Shown one piece after another: positions 20,822-30,597 of a DNA stretch of 64,000 nucleotides (its first letter is position 1; each line of letters starts with the position of its first letter). The stretch is from the NCBI GenBank assembly GCA_963754315.1, contig CAVWFS010000018.1, forward strand, positions 736,001 through 800,000, read 5' to 3'. The translations under genes and the position numbers were made by a program. Origin of the DNA: an uncultured Candidatus Rokubacteria bacterium. Its GTDB lineage: Bacteria; Methylomirabilota; Methylomirabilia; Rokubacteriales; CSP1-6. Under the pieces are notes generated by a model. The model was not told where the DNA came from. It saw only the letters and a program-made list of their open reading frames with translations, and searched no databases.

Positions 20822-21817
20822 GTGCTCACGCTCTTCCTCAGCGGTGGCACGGGATTCGTTGGGAGCCACGTCGCCAGGGAGTTCCTTGCCCGGGGCTGGC
20901 GTGTCCGGGCGCTGGTGCGGCGGCCAGAGCGCCCCGGGCTGTTGCCCGGCGGGGTGGAGACAGTGCGCGGAGACCTCATCGACACCACCGGCTATCGGCC
21001 TCACCTGACGGATTGTGCGGCCGTCGTCCATTGTGCGGGCGCCACCCGTGCCCGCAGCCTCACAGAGTTTCGGCGGGTGAACGTCGCTGGCACCGAGGCT
21101 CTCGCGACGGCCGCCAGCGAGGCATGCCCGGAGGCGATGTTCATCCACGTCTCGTCGCAGGCAGCCGCCGGACCGTCCCGGACTGGCGTGCCCGTGCGGG
21201 AAGGCGATGCTCCCGATCCGGTGTCCTGGTACGGGCGCTCGAAGCTGGAGAGCGAACTCGCGGTAGCGCGTCACTGCCATGGCCGGTGGTGCGTGGTGCG
21301 CCCTTCGATCGTCTACGGTGCGGGTGATCCCGGCTTGCTCCCCATGTTTGCGATGGTCGCGCGGGGGGTGGCTCCCATCCTGGCCGGCGGATGTCATCGT
21401 GTGCAGCTCCTGGCGGTGGAGGACCTCGCTCGAATGCTCTTCGCGGCCGCGCAACGGCCCGATCTGCACGGTCGCCGTGCCTTCGCGGCCGGAGATACAG
21501 TGACCATGGGCGAATTGATCCGAGAGGTGGCAGCCCTCCGGACACCCCGCGCCCGCACCGTCGCCGTTCCCGCCGCGGCTGTCCGCTTTCTGGGCCTGGT
21601 CGCCTGGCTGGGTGAGGGACTCACCCGCACGTCCTCGCCGTTCAATCGCGACAAAGTTAGGGAGATTCTCCAGACCGATTGGCTCTGCGAACCCGAGCCG
21701 TTCCTGCGTGATCTCCAGATTCAGCCAACCACTCGCTGGCAGGACGGAATCCGACGCGCGTGCCGCTGGTACGTCGACGCGCGGTGGCTGTCCCCGCAGG
21801 CCTTCGCCAGCGTATGA
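20822..21817 (+). CDS. NAD(P)-dependent extended SDR; putative ceramide reductase (CerR-like)
   Basis: GGTGFVG, HCAGAT, SSQAA, YGRSK, RPSIVYG; ATGA-coupled to the spt-like gene. Confidence 0.75.
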   Translation: MLTLFLSGGTGFVGSHVAREFLARGWRVRALVRRPERPGLLPGGVETVRGDLIDTTGYRPHLTDCAAVVHCAGATRARSLTEFRRVNVAGTEALATAASEACPEAMFIHVSSQAAAGPSRTGVPVREGDAPDPVSWYGRSKLESELAVARHCHGRWCVVRPSIVYGAGDPGLLPMFAMVARGVAPILAGGCHRVQLLAVEDLARMLFAAAQRPDLHGRRAFAAGDTVTMGELIREVAALRTPRARTVAVPAAAVRFLGLVAWLGEGLTRTSSPFNRDKVREILQTDWLCEPEPFLRDLQIQPTTRWQDGIRRACRWYVDARWLSPQAFASV

Positions 21818-23085
21818 CCTGGCCAGCCTCTTCCCCGCACGTCGGAGCTCACTCGATGCCAGACTCGGAAGTCGCGCCGCTTGCCGCCGCCCCTCGACCG
21901 CCCCTGTTCGACAAGTGCCAGATCGTCGCCGGACGCATGGAGGCCGCTCTCGCTGCCGACACCTACTGTTACTTCCGGACCATCGAGTCGGCCCAGGAGC
22001 CGGAGGTCGTGGTGGGCGGGCGCAGCCTGGTGATGCTGGGGTCCAACAACTACCTGGGGTTGACCAGCCATCCAAAGGTCAAGGAGGCGGCCATCGCCGC
22101 CGTGCACCGGTATGGGACTGGCTGCGCGGGCAGTCGCCTTCTGAACGGCACCCTGAACCTGCACGAGGTCCTCGAGGCGAAGCTGGCCCAGTTCATCGGC
22201 AAGCCGGCGGCCGTTACGTTCTCCACCGGGTTCCAGGTAAATCTGGGCGTAATCTCCTGCCTGCTTGACCGCGGGGATACCGTTTATTTGGACAAGCAGG
22301 ACCACGCCTGCATCATCGACGGAGCGCGCCTGTCGTTCGCCAAGACGCGGAAGTTCGCCCACAATGATCCGGCGGAGCTGCATCGTCTCATGATGGTCGA
22401 GCGGGGCACGCCGGGGCGTCTGGTGGTGGTGGATGGCGTCTTTTCGATGGAGGGAGACATCGCGCCCCTGCCCGAGATCGTGAAAATCGCGCGCGACTTC
22501 CAGGCGGCAATCATGGTCGACGACGCCCATAGTCTGGGTGTGCTCGGCCGCCGGGGCAGGGGGACCCCCGAGCACTTCGATCTCGAGGACGAGGTCCACC
22601 TGATCATGGGAACCTTCTCGAAATCGCTGGCCTCCATCGGCGGATTCATCGCCGGCGAGCGAGAGGTCGTCGACCACATCCGCCATACCGCGCGCAGCCT
22701 GATCTTCTCGGCTGCCCTCGCCCCCGCTGCCGCCGCGGCCGCCGGGGCGGCCCTCGAGATCCTCGAGAGCGAGCCAGAGCGCCGGCATCAGCTGTGGCGC
22801 AACACGCGGTTCCTGATGGACGGGTTCTCCAGTCTCGGATTCTCCACGGGGGACTCGCGCACGCCGGTCATTCCGATCATCGTTGGCGACGACGAGCGCG
22901 CCTTCGCGATGACACGGCGGCTCCACGAAGAGGGCGTGTTTGTCAATCCCGTGGTGTCGCCGGCCACTCCCCCGGGCCGGGCGCTCCTCCGCACGAGCTG
23001 CATGGCCACCCACACCGAGGCCCACCTGTCGCGGGCCCTCGAGGCCTGCGCCAGGGTCGGGCGGGAGTTCGGCGTCATTTCGTAG
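21814..23085 (+). CDS. spt: Serine palmitoyltransferase-like alpha-oxoamine synthase
   Basis: YCYFRTIES, GSNNYLGL, GCAGSRLLNGT, HACIIDG, DGVFSMEGD, DDAH, GTFSKS; flanked by cerR-like and bcerS-like genes. Confidence 0.78.
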   Translation: MTWPASSPHVGAHSMPDSEVAPLAAAPRPPLFDKCQIVAGRMEAALAADTYCYFRTIESAQEPEVVVGGRSLVMLGSNNYLGLTSHPKVKEAAIAAVHRYGTGCAGSRLLNGTLNLHEVLEAKLAQFIGKPAAVTFSTGFQVNLGVISCLLDRGDTVYLDKQDHACIIDGARLSFAKTRKFAHNDPAELHRLMMVERGTPGRLVVVDGVFSMEGDIAPLPEIVKIARDFQAAIMVDDAHSLGVLGRRGRGTPEHFDLEDEVHLIMGTFSKSLASIGGFIAGEREVVDHIRHTARSLIFSAALAPAAAAAAGAALEILESEPERRHQLWRNTRFLMDGFSSLGFSTGDSRTPVIPIIVGDDERAFAMTRRLHEEGVFVNPVVSPATPPGRALLRTSCMATHTEAHLSRALEACARVGREFGVIS

Positions 23086-23093
23086 AGGCTACC

Positions 23094-24229
23094 GTGGCCG
23101 CTGCCCCGCGTCTCGTGGAGCTGTCGCGCGATCGGGCGGGTCTCAGACGGTTTCTGCGGGTCCCCTACGGCGTCTATCGGAATGATCGCCACTGGGTAGC
23201 CCCGATGCTGAGCGACCGCCGCCAGGTGCTCGGGCCCGACAACCCCTTTTTCGCCCACGCCCGCTTGGCCCTGTGGGTGGTGAGCCGGGCCGGGCATGAC
23301 GTGGGCAGCATCGCGGGCATCGTGGACGAGCACCACAACGCGCGGCACCGTGAGGCCACCGCCTTCTTCGGGTTCTTCGAGTCGGTCAACGACCCGGCCG
23401 TGAGCGGGCTATTGTTCGGGGCGGTGCGGACCTGGGCGCGGGGCCTCGGGATGACGCATCTGCTCGGCCCCATGAACCCATCCATCAACGAGGAATGTGG
23501 GTTGCTCGTGGAGGGCTTCGACGCGCCGCCCGTCATTATGATGACGTACAACCCGCCCTACTACGCCGAACTATTCGCGCAGGCCGATCTCAAGCGGCGC
23601 AAGGATCTGCTGGCCTACCGCATCGTCCTCGATGACTCGCGGCTGGCCCGGCTCGAACGCCTGGCCGCGCGCGGGCTGGCTGCGGGCGGGAACCGTGACC
23701 GTCCGCCCGGTCGACCGGCGATCGCTGGCGACGCGACCTCGCCAAGATCCAGGAGGTATTCAACGCCGCCTGGGAGGACAACTGGGGCCACGTTCCCATG
23801 ACGGATCCCGAGATCGAGTTCATGGCGAAGCGGCTGATACCGGTCCTGGACGAGGAGATCGTCCTCTTGGCCGAGGACCAGGGTGAGGCGGTGGCCTTCA
23901 TCCTCTCTCTGCCCGACTTCAACGAGGCGCTCGGACGTTTGCGCGGGCGACTGCTGAGCCCGCGTCTTCCGCTCGTCCTGCCCTACCTGCTGGGGCTCAA
24001 GCGCCCACGCTTCGTGCGCGTGATGGCCATGGGCATCAAGCGAGAGTACCGTCAGCGTGGCATCGACGCGGTTCTCATCGGCAGGTGCTTGCGCGTGTTG
24101 CTGGACCGGGGGTTCGAGCTGTGCGAGATCTCCTGGATCCTCGAGGACAACCTGCTGATGCGCCGCATCGGCGAGATGTTCGGCGGCAGCCTCTACAAGA
24201 CCTACGCGCTCTACGACGGCCGGGTCTGA
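23094..24229 (+). CDS. Tandem-GNAT N-acyltransferase; putative bacterial ceramide synthase (bCerS); two +1 frameshifts (~23690, ~23731)
   Basis: WVAP, NPFF, FGFFES, GPMN, GLLVEGFD, YNPPYY | NAAWEDNWGHVP, LPDFN, EISWILEDN. Confidence 0.78.
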
Positions 24230-24253
24230 TGGCCCTCCCTCAGTCGTAGGCGA

Positions 24254-25339
24254 TCAACGACCCCAGACCAGGCCCGCCGTCTCCGCCACCCGGGTGAGCT
24301 TCATCCGCTGCACCTCTGGGGAGATGCGGTTGCCGGCCATGGTGGACGCGAAACCACACTGCGGGCTCAGAGCGAGGCGTTCCAGCGGAAGGTAGGTCGT
24401 CGCTTCGGTCAGGCGACGGCGGAGCTCGTCGACGGATTCGAGGCGCGGCTTCTTGGTGGTCACCAACCCCAGCACGGCCACTCGGTCGTCGGGTAGGCCC
24501 CGCAGGGGCTCGAAGCCCCCCGACCGCGCGTCGTCGTATTCGAGGAGGAAGCGCTGAAAGCGGCTCTTGCCGAAGACCCTTGTGATCGGCTCGTAGCCGC
24601 CGCTGGCGTAAAACATGGACTGATTGTTGCCGCGGCAGATGTGCAAGCCGAAGGTGACGGTGGGGTTGCCAGCGATCACGGCGTTGTCCATCTCGATGCA
24701 GGCGTCGATGAGCCGATCGGGATCGCTGCCCCGCTGGCGATATCCCTCGCGCAAGGTCGGGTCCAGGAGGGCGGCATACTGGGGCGCATCGATCTGGATA
24801 TAGGTGCAGCCCAGGCGGACCAGCTCGCCCACTTCGCGTCGGGTGAAATCGACGATGTCGGCCAGATAGGCGTCACGGCTCGGGTAAGCGCCTTTGGACT
24901 TTTCGGGGTCGTAGTAGGCCGCCGCTTGTTGGGTGCTCACGAGAGTCACCTTGGCGAGCCGCCGGGCGCGTGCCCGCAGATAGCTCCACTCCTCGGCGCA
25001 CATGCTGCGACGCCAGCGGAGCTTCTCGACCACGACCGGCCGCTTGAATACCAGTTCCTCACCCTGCTCGCTGCGGAAGGGGATGGCCCACCCCCCAAAC
25101 TTGTCGAAGCCGTCCAAGGCCTCGATGAGGTGCCCGAAGAAGGCATAGCGACGCATCTCGCCGTCGGTGACCACCTCCAGGCCCGCTGCCTCTTGGAGCG
25201 CGACCGCCTCGTCGACCGCGCGATCCTCGAGGCGTTTGAACTCGACCGGAGAGAGCCGACCATTTTCCAGCGCTTCCCGGGCTTCCATCAGATAGGCAGG
25301 CCGCAAGAGGCTTCCGACCACATCGCTCCGCATGGTCAC
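24254..25339 (-). CDS. Cobalamin-independent methionine synthase-like protein (single-domain MetE family)
   Basis: VVGSLLRP, TDGEMRR, QIDAP, HICRGN, EYD, SPQCGFAS zinc motifs. Confidence 0.85.
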   Translation of the reverse strand: MTMRSDVVGSLLRPAYLMEAREALENGRLSPVEFKRLEDRAVDEAVALQEAAGLEVVTDGEMRRYAFFGHLIEALDGFDKFGGWAIPFRSEQGEELVFKRPVVVEKLRWRRSMCAEEWSYLRARARRLAKVTLVSTQQAAAYYDPEKSKGAYPSRDAYLADIVDFTRREVGELVRLGCTYIQIDAPQYAALLDPTLREGYRQRGSDPDRLIDACIEMDNAVIAGNPTVTFGLHICRGNNQSMFYASGGYEPITRVFGKSRFQRFLLEYDDARSGGFEPLRGLPDDRVAVLGLVTTKKPRLESVDELRRRLTEATTYLPLERLALSPQCGFASTMAGNRISPEVQRMKLTRVAETAGLVWGR

Positions 25340-25349
25340 GGCCGTATCC

Positions 25350-27062
25350 TCACGCGGGCTTCTTGCAGATAACGTTGAGGAGCGCCTGGCGGCGTTCGTG
25401 GCGGACCGCTCCCAGCGCACGCTCGAGGGCGCCGGGCAGAGACGCCGGATCCTCCACCCGCTCGCCGTAACCGCCGTTCGCCTGACAGATCAGCTCGTAG
25501 TCGGGCGCGGGGTCCAGATCGCTGAGCGGCATCAGGCCCGTTCGTGCCGCCCACCCCTGAGGGGCGTACGACCGCACGGAGCGCTTGACGGCATTCCATG
25601 CGCGGTTGTTGAAGACCACGAAGAGCACGGGCAGATCGTACGCCCGCGCCACGAAGTGGGCGGCGGTGGGCGCGCCGAAGATATAGGCGCCGTCGCCCAC
25701 CGTGCAGATCACGGTCTGGTCGGGTGCGGCCAGCTTAACGCCGAGGGCCGCCCCCAGTCCCCAGCCGAGACCGCTCGAGGCCGGGGCCGCGAAGTATCGG
25801 CCAGGGTGACGGAAGCAGGTCTGTGATGCCTGCAGATCGTACTCGTTGACGACGATGGTGTCGTCTCCGATGACCTGGCCGATGGTGCGCGAGAGCCAGA
25901 GCATGTCGATGGGCGAGTCGTTCTGGACGCGGCGCGCTGCCTCCGCCTGCGCCGTGCGGCGCCGAGCGCTCTCCTCGGCCCATCGCGCTCGTCGTTCGGC
26001 CACGGCCTGCCCGTCGCGCAGGCGTACGCCCGCGTCGGCGAGGGCGCGCAGAGTAAGGCGCGGCAGGCCACCGAGGGCGATGTCGCATGGAAAGCTCCGG
26101 ATCGGATAGCGAGCATAGAGAGGGTCGACTCCGATGTGAATGAAGCGCGCATCGGACGAGGGGCGTTTGAGGTCAGGGAACCAGGGTGCGTCCGACTCGA
26201 GGACGACGATGACGTCTGCTGCCTCCAGGTCGGTGGCCGTGTCGAAGCCGGCGTGAAGGGGATGGTCCTGGGGGAAGTTCAGGTATGTGTGAAAGTTCTC
26301 CACCACCGGCGCCCCATACGCCTCGGCGAACTGCACCAGCGCGGGAACCGCTGCAAGGTCACGGCCGGCCGCTCTCGCGATCACGAGGGGGAACTTCGCA
26401 CCGGCAAGGAGGCGGGCCGCCTCCTCGATCGAAGCCGGGTCTGGCATCAGCGGTGACGGCTGGCCGGCCCGCGACGACTCCGAGTATTCGAACAACTCTT
26501 GCCGCTCAGCCAGTACCTCGCGGGGCAGCGCCAGGTAGACGGGGCCCTGTGGTTCCGTGCAGGCCACGGCCAGAGCCCGGTCGACCACGGTCTCGAGCTG
26601 GGCGAAGTTCCGCAGCTCGTAGTCCCACTTGACCCATTCGCGGAACATCGTCCCCTGATCGAAGGACTCCTGTGCCCAATGGATATGACGGTCGCGCGAT
26701 CCGGGTAGACCGCTCTCGGTAAGAGGGGTACGACCGGCCGTCATCAGGATGGGAACATTGGCTCGCGCGGCGTTGATGACACCGCCGAGCGCGTTGGCGC
26801 CGCCCACGATGACGTGCACCATGACAGCCTGCGGACGCCCCGTGATCATGGCGTACCCGTGGGCCATGGCCACCGCCGGCACCTCGTGCGGTACCGTGAG
26901 GGGCCGGGGCAGGGCATGGCCCTCGGCCAGACGCTTGGCGTACGCCTCGATGAGGGGAGCGAAGTCGGTTCCGGCGTTGGCAAAGAAATAGTCGACACCA
27001 CGCGTGGCCAGCAGCTCCAGATAGGCCTCGGCCACGCTCTCGATGCTGACTCGCTTAGTCAT
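25350..27062 (-). CDS. Thiamine pyrophosphate-dependent enzyme (acetolactate synthase/decarboxylase-like)
   Basis: GTDF, PHE, GPVYLALPRE, GLGWGLG, GDGAY...NN. Confidence 0.88.
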   Translation of the reverse strand: MTKRVSIESVAEAYLELLATRGVDYFFANAGTDFAPLIEAYAKRLAEGHALPRPLTVPHEVPAVAMAHGYAMITGRPQAVMVHVIVGGANALGGVINAARANVPILMTAGRTPLTESGLPGSRDRHIHWAQESFDQGTMFREWVKWDYELRNFAQLETVVDRALAVACTEPQGPVYLALPREVLAERQELFEYSESSRAGQPSPLMPDPASIEEAARLLAGAKFPLVIARAAGRDLAAVPALVQFAEAYGAPVVENFHTYLNFPQDHPLHAGFDTATDLEAADVIVVLESDAPWFPDLKRPSSDARFIHIGVDPLYARYPIRSFPCDIALGGLPRLTLRALADAGVRLRDGQAVAERRARWAEESARRRTAQAEAARRVQNDSPIDMLWLSRTIGQVIGDDTIVVNEYDLQASQTCFRHPGRYFAAPASSGLGWGLGAALGVKLAAPDQTVICTVGDGAYIFGAPTAAHFVARAYDLPVLFVVFNNRAWNAVKRSVRSYAPQGWAARTGLMPLSDLDPAPDYELICQANGGYGERVEDPASLPGALERALGAVRHERRQALLNVICKKPA

Positions 27063-27078
27063 CGGTCTCGTTCCTCCG

Positions 27079-28092
27079 TCATGGGAGCCGGAGCCTCAGC
27101 ATCCGGCGGGCGTTGCCCTCGTAAATCTTGGCTTTGTCCTCTTCGGAAGCCCGCATCCGTTCCATGGCGCCGATGGTATCGCGGATGAAGCCCGGCCCTC
27201 CCTCCGGATCGAAGGGAAAGTCGGTCCCGAAGAGGATGCGCTCGGCGCCGAAAAAAGCCAGTCCACACTCCATCGCGTGGTGCGCGCCAAAGAGGGCGGT
27301 GTCACCGTAGAACATCCGGAAGTACTCGATCGGTCGTCGACGGAGGCGCCCGAGGGCCGTAAGGTCATCGGGGTCGTCGCTGCGTCGCCCGAGCTGATCG
27401 AGCCCGCCGCCCACTCGTCCTTCGAAGTACGGGATCATCGCCCCCATGTGGTGCGTGATGATGGCGAGACCGGGGAATCGATCGAACAGGCCCGAAAAGA
27501 CCAGCCGGCCCATGGCCAGGGTAGTCTCGTAGGGCCATCCGAAGGCCCACCAGAGATCGTACTTGGAGCGCGTTTCACCGGCGTAGTCCGCCACCGTGGC
27601 CCCTCGGGCCGGGTGCAACCAGATTGGAAGCCCCCGCGCGGCCATCTCGCCGAAGAGCGGTTGGTAATCCGGCGCGTCGAGCGGTCGTCCGGCAACGTTG
27701 GTGAACATCTGGACACCGGTGGCCCCCAGGGTGTCGATGGCGCGCGCCAGCTCGCGCAGGGCCGCCTCAGGGTTGTTCATTGGCAGGGAGGCCACGAAGG
27801 CCGGGAAACGGTCGGGATGAGCAGCCACGATCTCGGCCATTCCGTCGTTGGCCATCCTGGCCAGGTCGGGACTGAGCGAAGGGGGGGCCACGATCTCGAT
27901 CGGAGGATTGGCGAGGGTCAGCACCTGGAGGTACCCCTGGTGACGATCCATCATGCGGAGCCGCTGCTCGAGGTCGACCAGCACGGGTATTCCCGACATG
28001 CGCTTTTGTAGCGCGAGCCCGGGCGGCGCCACCGCCAGCATCCGGTCGAAGTATTTCCGGGGCAGGATGTGCGGAAAGACGTCAATCTTCAT
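27079..28092 (-). CDS. Amidohydrolase_2 family protein (ACMSD-like)
   Basis: IDVFPH, AND, LHP, HHMG, YGDTA, FGTDFPF. Confidence 0.88.
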   Translation of the reverse strand: MKIDVFPHILPRKYFDRMLAVAPPGLALQKRMSGIPVLVDLEQRLRMMDRHQGYLQVLTLANPPIEIVAPPSLSPDLARMANDGMAEIVAAHPDRFPAFVASLPMNNPEAALRELARAIDTLGATGVQMFTNVAGRPLDAPDYQPLFGEMAARGLPIWLHPARGATVADYAGETRSKYDLWWAFGWPYETTLAMGRLVFSGLFDRFPGLAIITHHMGAMIPYFEGRVGGGLDQLGRRSDDPDDLTALGRLRRRPIEYFRMFYGDTALFGAHHAMECGLAFFGAERILFGTDFPFDPEGGPGFIRDTIGAMERMRASEEDKAKIYEGNARRMLRLRLP

Positions 28093-28233
28093 GCGAAGCA
28101 GGTGTCCTTCCCGACGTTCGTGCGCTCTCGATCGAGAGGGCACGTTAGCCTAACGCCGAGAGGAGAGACGATTCAAGGATCCCGTTCAATGTAGATTAGA
28201 AGGCAGTGCCGGGGCGCCGGCGGAGGAATCACC

Positions 28234-28980
28234 ATGTACGACGTGACGATGGGGCGTGTTCGCGGAGGATTCAATCAGTACGGCTTCACGGTGGGCATTC
28301 TCATGCTCGATACGCGCTTTCCACGAATCCCGGGCGACATGGGGCATGCGGGCACCTTTTCCTTCCCGGTTCGCTATCATCGCGTGGCGGGCGCCGCGCC
28401 CGACCTCGTCGTGCGCAAGGGGGCGGCCGCGCTGCTGCCGGGCTTCATCGAGGGTGCCCGCGCGCTCGAGCGAGAGGGGGTGGGTGCCATCACCACCAAC
28501 TGCGGCTTCCTCATCAAGTTCCAGCGCGAACTGAGCCAGGCGGTGGCGGTACCGGTCTTCACGTCGAGCCTGCTCCTGGTGCCCCTCGTGCACCAGATGC
28601 TCGCGCCCGGTCGTCGCGTGGGCATCATGACCGTTGATGCCTCCAGCTTGACCGCCGAGCATCTGGCAGCCGCCCACATCGGCCGGGAGATGCCCATCGC
28701 GGTGGCGGGCCTCGAGACGGAAAAGGAGTTCACCCGGGTCCTGCTTGACAACCAGCTGGAGCTGGACGTCGAGCGGGCACGCGCCGAGCATCGATCGGTG
28801 GCCCGTCATCTTCTGGCCACCCATCCCGATGTTGGAGCGATTGTCCTCGAATGCACGAACATGCCGCCCTATACGGCTGATATACAGCGAGAGACAGGGT
28901 TACCCGTCTTCGACATCGTTTCTCTTGTCACCATGGTGCACCGAGCCCTCGCCCTCAGCCTCGGCCCCCGTCCTGCTTGA
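28234..28980 (+). CDS. Asp/Glu/hydantoin racemase family protein
   Basis: GILMLDTRFPRIPGD, TNCGF, LECTNMPPY. Confidence 0.85.
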   Translation: MYDVTMGRVRGGFNQYGFTVGILMLDTRFPRIPGDMGHAGTFSFPVRYHRVAGAAPDLVVRKGAAALLPGFIEGARALEREGVGAITTNCGFLIKFQRELSQAVAVPVFTSSLLLVPLVHQMLAPGRRVGIMTVDASSLTAEHLAAAHIGREMPIAVAGLETEKEFTRVLLDNQLELDVERARAEHRSVARHLLATHPDVGAIVLECTNMPPYTADIQRETGLPVFDIVSLVTMVHRALALSLGPRPA

Positions 28981-29558
28981 GCATGGTGGGCCTCTCACGC
29001 GTGCTCGAAACCCCTCGACTCCAACTCCGCCCTTTCACCGCGGCCGACGCCGCAAACCATGCGCGCATCTACGCCAAACCCGAGGTCACCCGGTTTCTTG
29101 CCGGCGGACCGTTTCTTGGCGAGGCGGCGGCACAGCGTTCACGGGCTGCCCTTGACTTGTTCATCGCACACTGGGTGGAACATGACTTCGGGGTGTGGGC
29201 CGTGGTCGAGAAAAGGGCGCGCGTCCTCATCGGGCAGTGCGGCCTCAAGTACTTACCCGACCGCCCCGAGGTCGAGATTCTCTACGCGCTCGACAGCCCG
29301 TACTGGGGCCGAGGTCTGGCCAGCGAGGCGGGGGCGGCGGCCTTGCGCTACGGTTTCGAGGTCGCGCGTCTCGAGCGCATCGTGGCGGTCGCGCTGCCCG
29401 AGCACGCGGCATCGCAGCGAGTCATGAAGAAGCTCGGCATGACGTACGAAGGGCTTGTGGAGGTCTACGGCGGGATACGCGCCGTGCTCTACGCGGTTTC
29501 CCGTCAGGAATTCATGAGATGGGCGACCAACGCCTCGTCAGCCGGGGGAAACGCGTAG
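28977..29558 (+). CDS. RimJ/RimL-type GNAT acetyltransferase
   Basis: ETPRLQLRP, IGQCGL, WGRGLASEA, ASQRVMKKLGM. Confidence 0.88.
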   Translation: MSMVGLSRVLETPRLQLRPFTAADAANHARIYAKPEVTRFLAGGPFLGEAAAQRSRAALDLFIAHWVEHDFGVWAVVEKRARVLIGQCGLKYLPDRPEVEILYALDSPYWGRGLASEAGAAALRYGFEVARLERIVAVALPEHAASQRVMKKLGMTYEGLVEVYGGIRAVLYAVSRQEFMRWATNASSAGGNA

Positions 29559-29905
29559 TCGCCCAGGCGCTCAGGGGCGACCCACGCCAGTTCCTGGCCT
29601 TCACGGGGTGCGATCGTACCGATCTCGAGGCGACAGCGAAAGAAGTGCAGGACGACAGCTCTCTCGCCGTAGTCCCAGGGGACAGTCTCGATCTTCTCTT
29701 CCACAGCGAAGGTGGCGTCCAGCTCCTCGGTCAGCTCTCGACGCAGACACTCAACGGTGCTCTCCCCAGGCTCGCGCTTCCCTCCGGGAAACTCCCAGAG
29801 TCCTGCCAGGTGCGTTCCCGGACGACGGCGTACGATGAGATAGCGTCCGGACGAGTCACGGATGACAGCGGCCGCCACCTCCACGATCGGCCCTGGGTTA
29901 GCCAA
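29504..29905 (-). CDS. mutT: MutT-like NUDIX 8-oxo-dGTP diphosphatase
   Basis: HLAGLWEFPGGKREPGESTVECLRRELTEEL, EGQELAWV, FPPAD; TTG start overlaps the mutY stop. Confidence 0.8.
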   Translation of the reverse strand: MANPGPIVEVAAAVIRDSSGRYLIVRRRPGTHLAGLWEFPGGKREPGESTVECLRRELTEELDATFAVEEKIETVPWDYGERAVVLHFFRCRLEIGTIAPREGQELAWVAPERLGDYAFPPADEALVAHLMNS

Positions 29906-30557
29906 TGGGGAAACTGGCGCAGAGGCGGCGGAGCGGGCAAGGGCCGCAACGGGGACGGCGCGGCGTGCACCAGAGGGCCCCGAAGTCCATAAGCGCCTGA
30001 TTGAAGTCGTAGCCGCGCCCGCGCGGCACCAGAGTGCCGGCCAAGTCCCACAGTGCGCGATCGCCAGGCGGACGTCGTCCAGCGCGGGTGCCAAGAAACA
30101 CGCGGGAGAGCACCCGCCGCACGTTGGTATCAAGCAAAGCGGCGTCCTGCCCGTAGGCGAACGCGAGCATGGCCCCCGCCGTATAGCGGCCGACACCCGG
30201 AAGTCGACGCAGCCCCTGCGCATCGTCGGGCAGGCGACCACCGTACCGAGCGACCGCCTCTCGGGCGATCAAGTGGAGCCGAATGGGCCGGATGTTGTAG
30301 CCAAGCGGATACCACAGCTGCCGTACCTCGCCCACCTTGGCCGCCGCCAGGCTGCGGAGGGTCGGGAAACGCCGGAGGAACTGGCGGTACTTCGGCAGCA
30401 CACGCTCGACCTGCGTTTGCTGCAGCATGATCTCGGAAACGAGGATGCGATACGGCTCGCGCGTGCGGCGCCACGGGAGATCGCGGCCGTGCACGGCGTA
30501 CCATGCAAGCAGCCGTCGTTGAAAGGCACGAATCTTGTGTGAATCCGGGCGGCGCAC
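29898..30557 (-). CDS. mutY: A/G-specific adenine glycosylase, short form without C-terminal domain
   Basis: RDLPWR, SEIMLQQTQV, LPGVGRYTAGA, DTNVRRV, NQALMDFGA, C-x6-C-x2-C-x5-C. Confidence 0.88.
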   Translation of the reverse strand: MRRPDSHKIRAFQRRLLAWYAVHGRDLPWRRTREPYRILVSEIMLQQTQVERVLPKYRQFLRRFPTLRSLAAAKVGEVRQLWYPLGYNIRPIRLHLIAREAVARYGGRLPDDAQGLRRLPGVGRYTAGAMLAFAYGQDAALLDTNVRRVLSRVFLGTRAGRRPPGDRALWDLAGTLVPRGRGYDFNQALMDFGALWCTPRRPRCGPCPLRRLCASFPIG

Positions 30558-30597
30558 CGCGCGCAGTCTACCACGGGCCCTCGTGTAGAATGACCTC

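Noticed and set aside
21814..23085. Annotation as bioF or kbl
   Set aside because: No biotin or threonine-catabolism neighbours; context favours spt, though motifs alone do not exclude them
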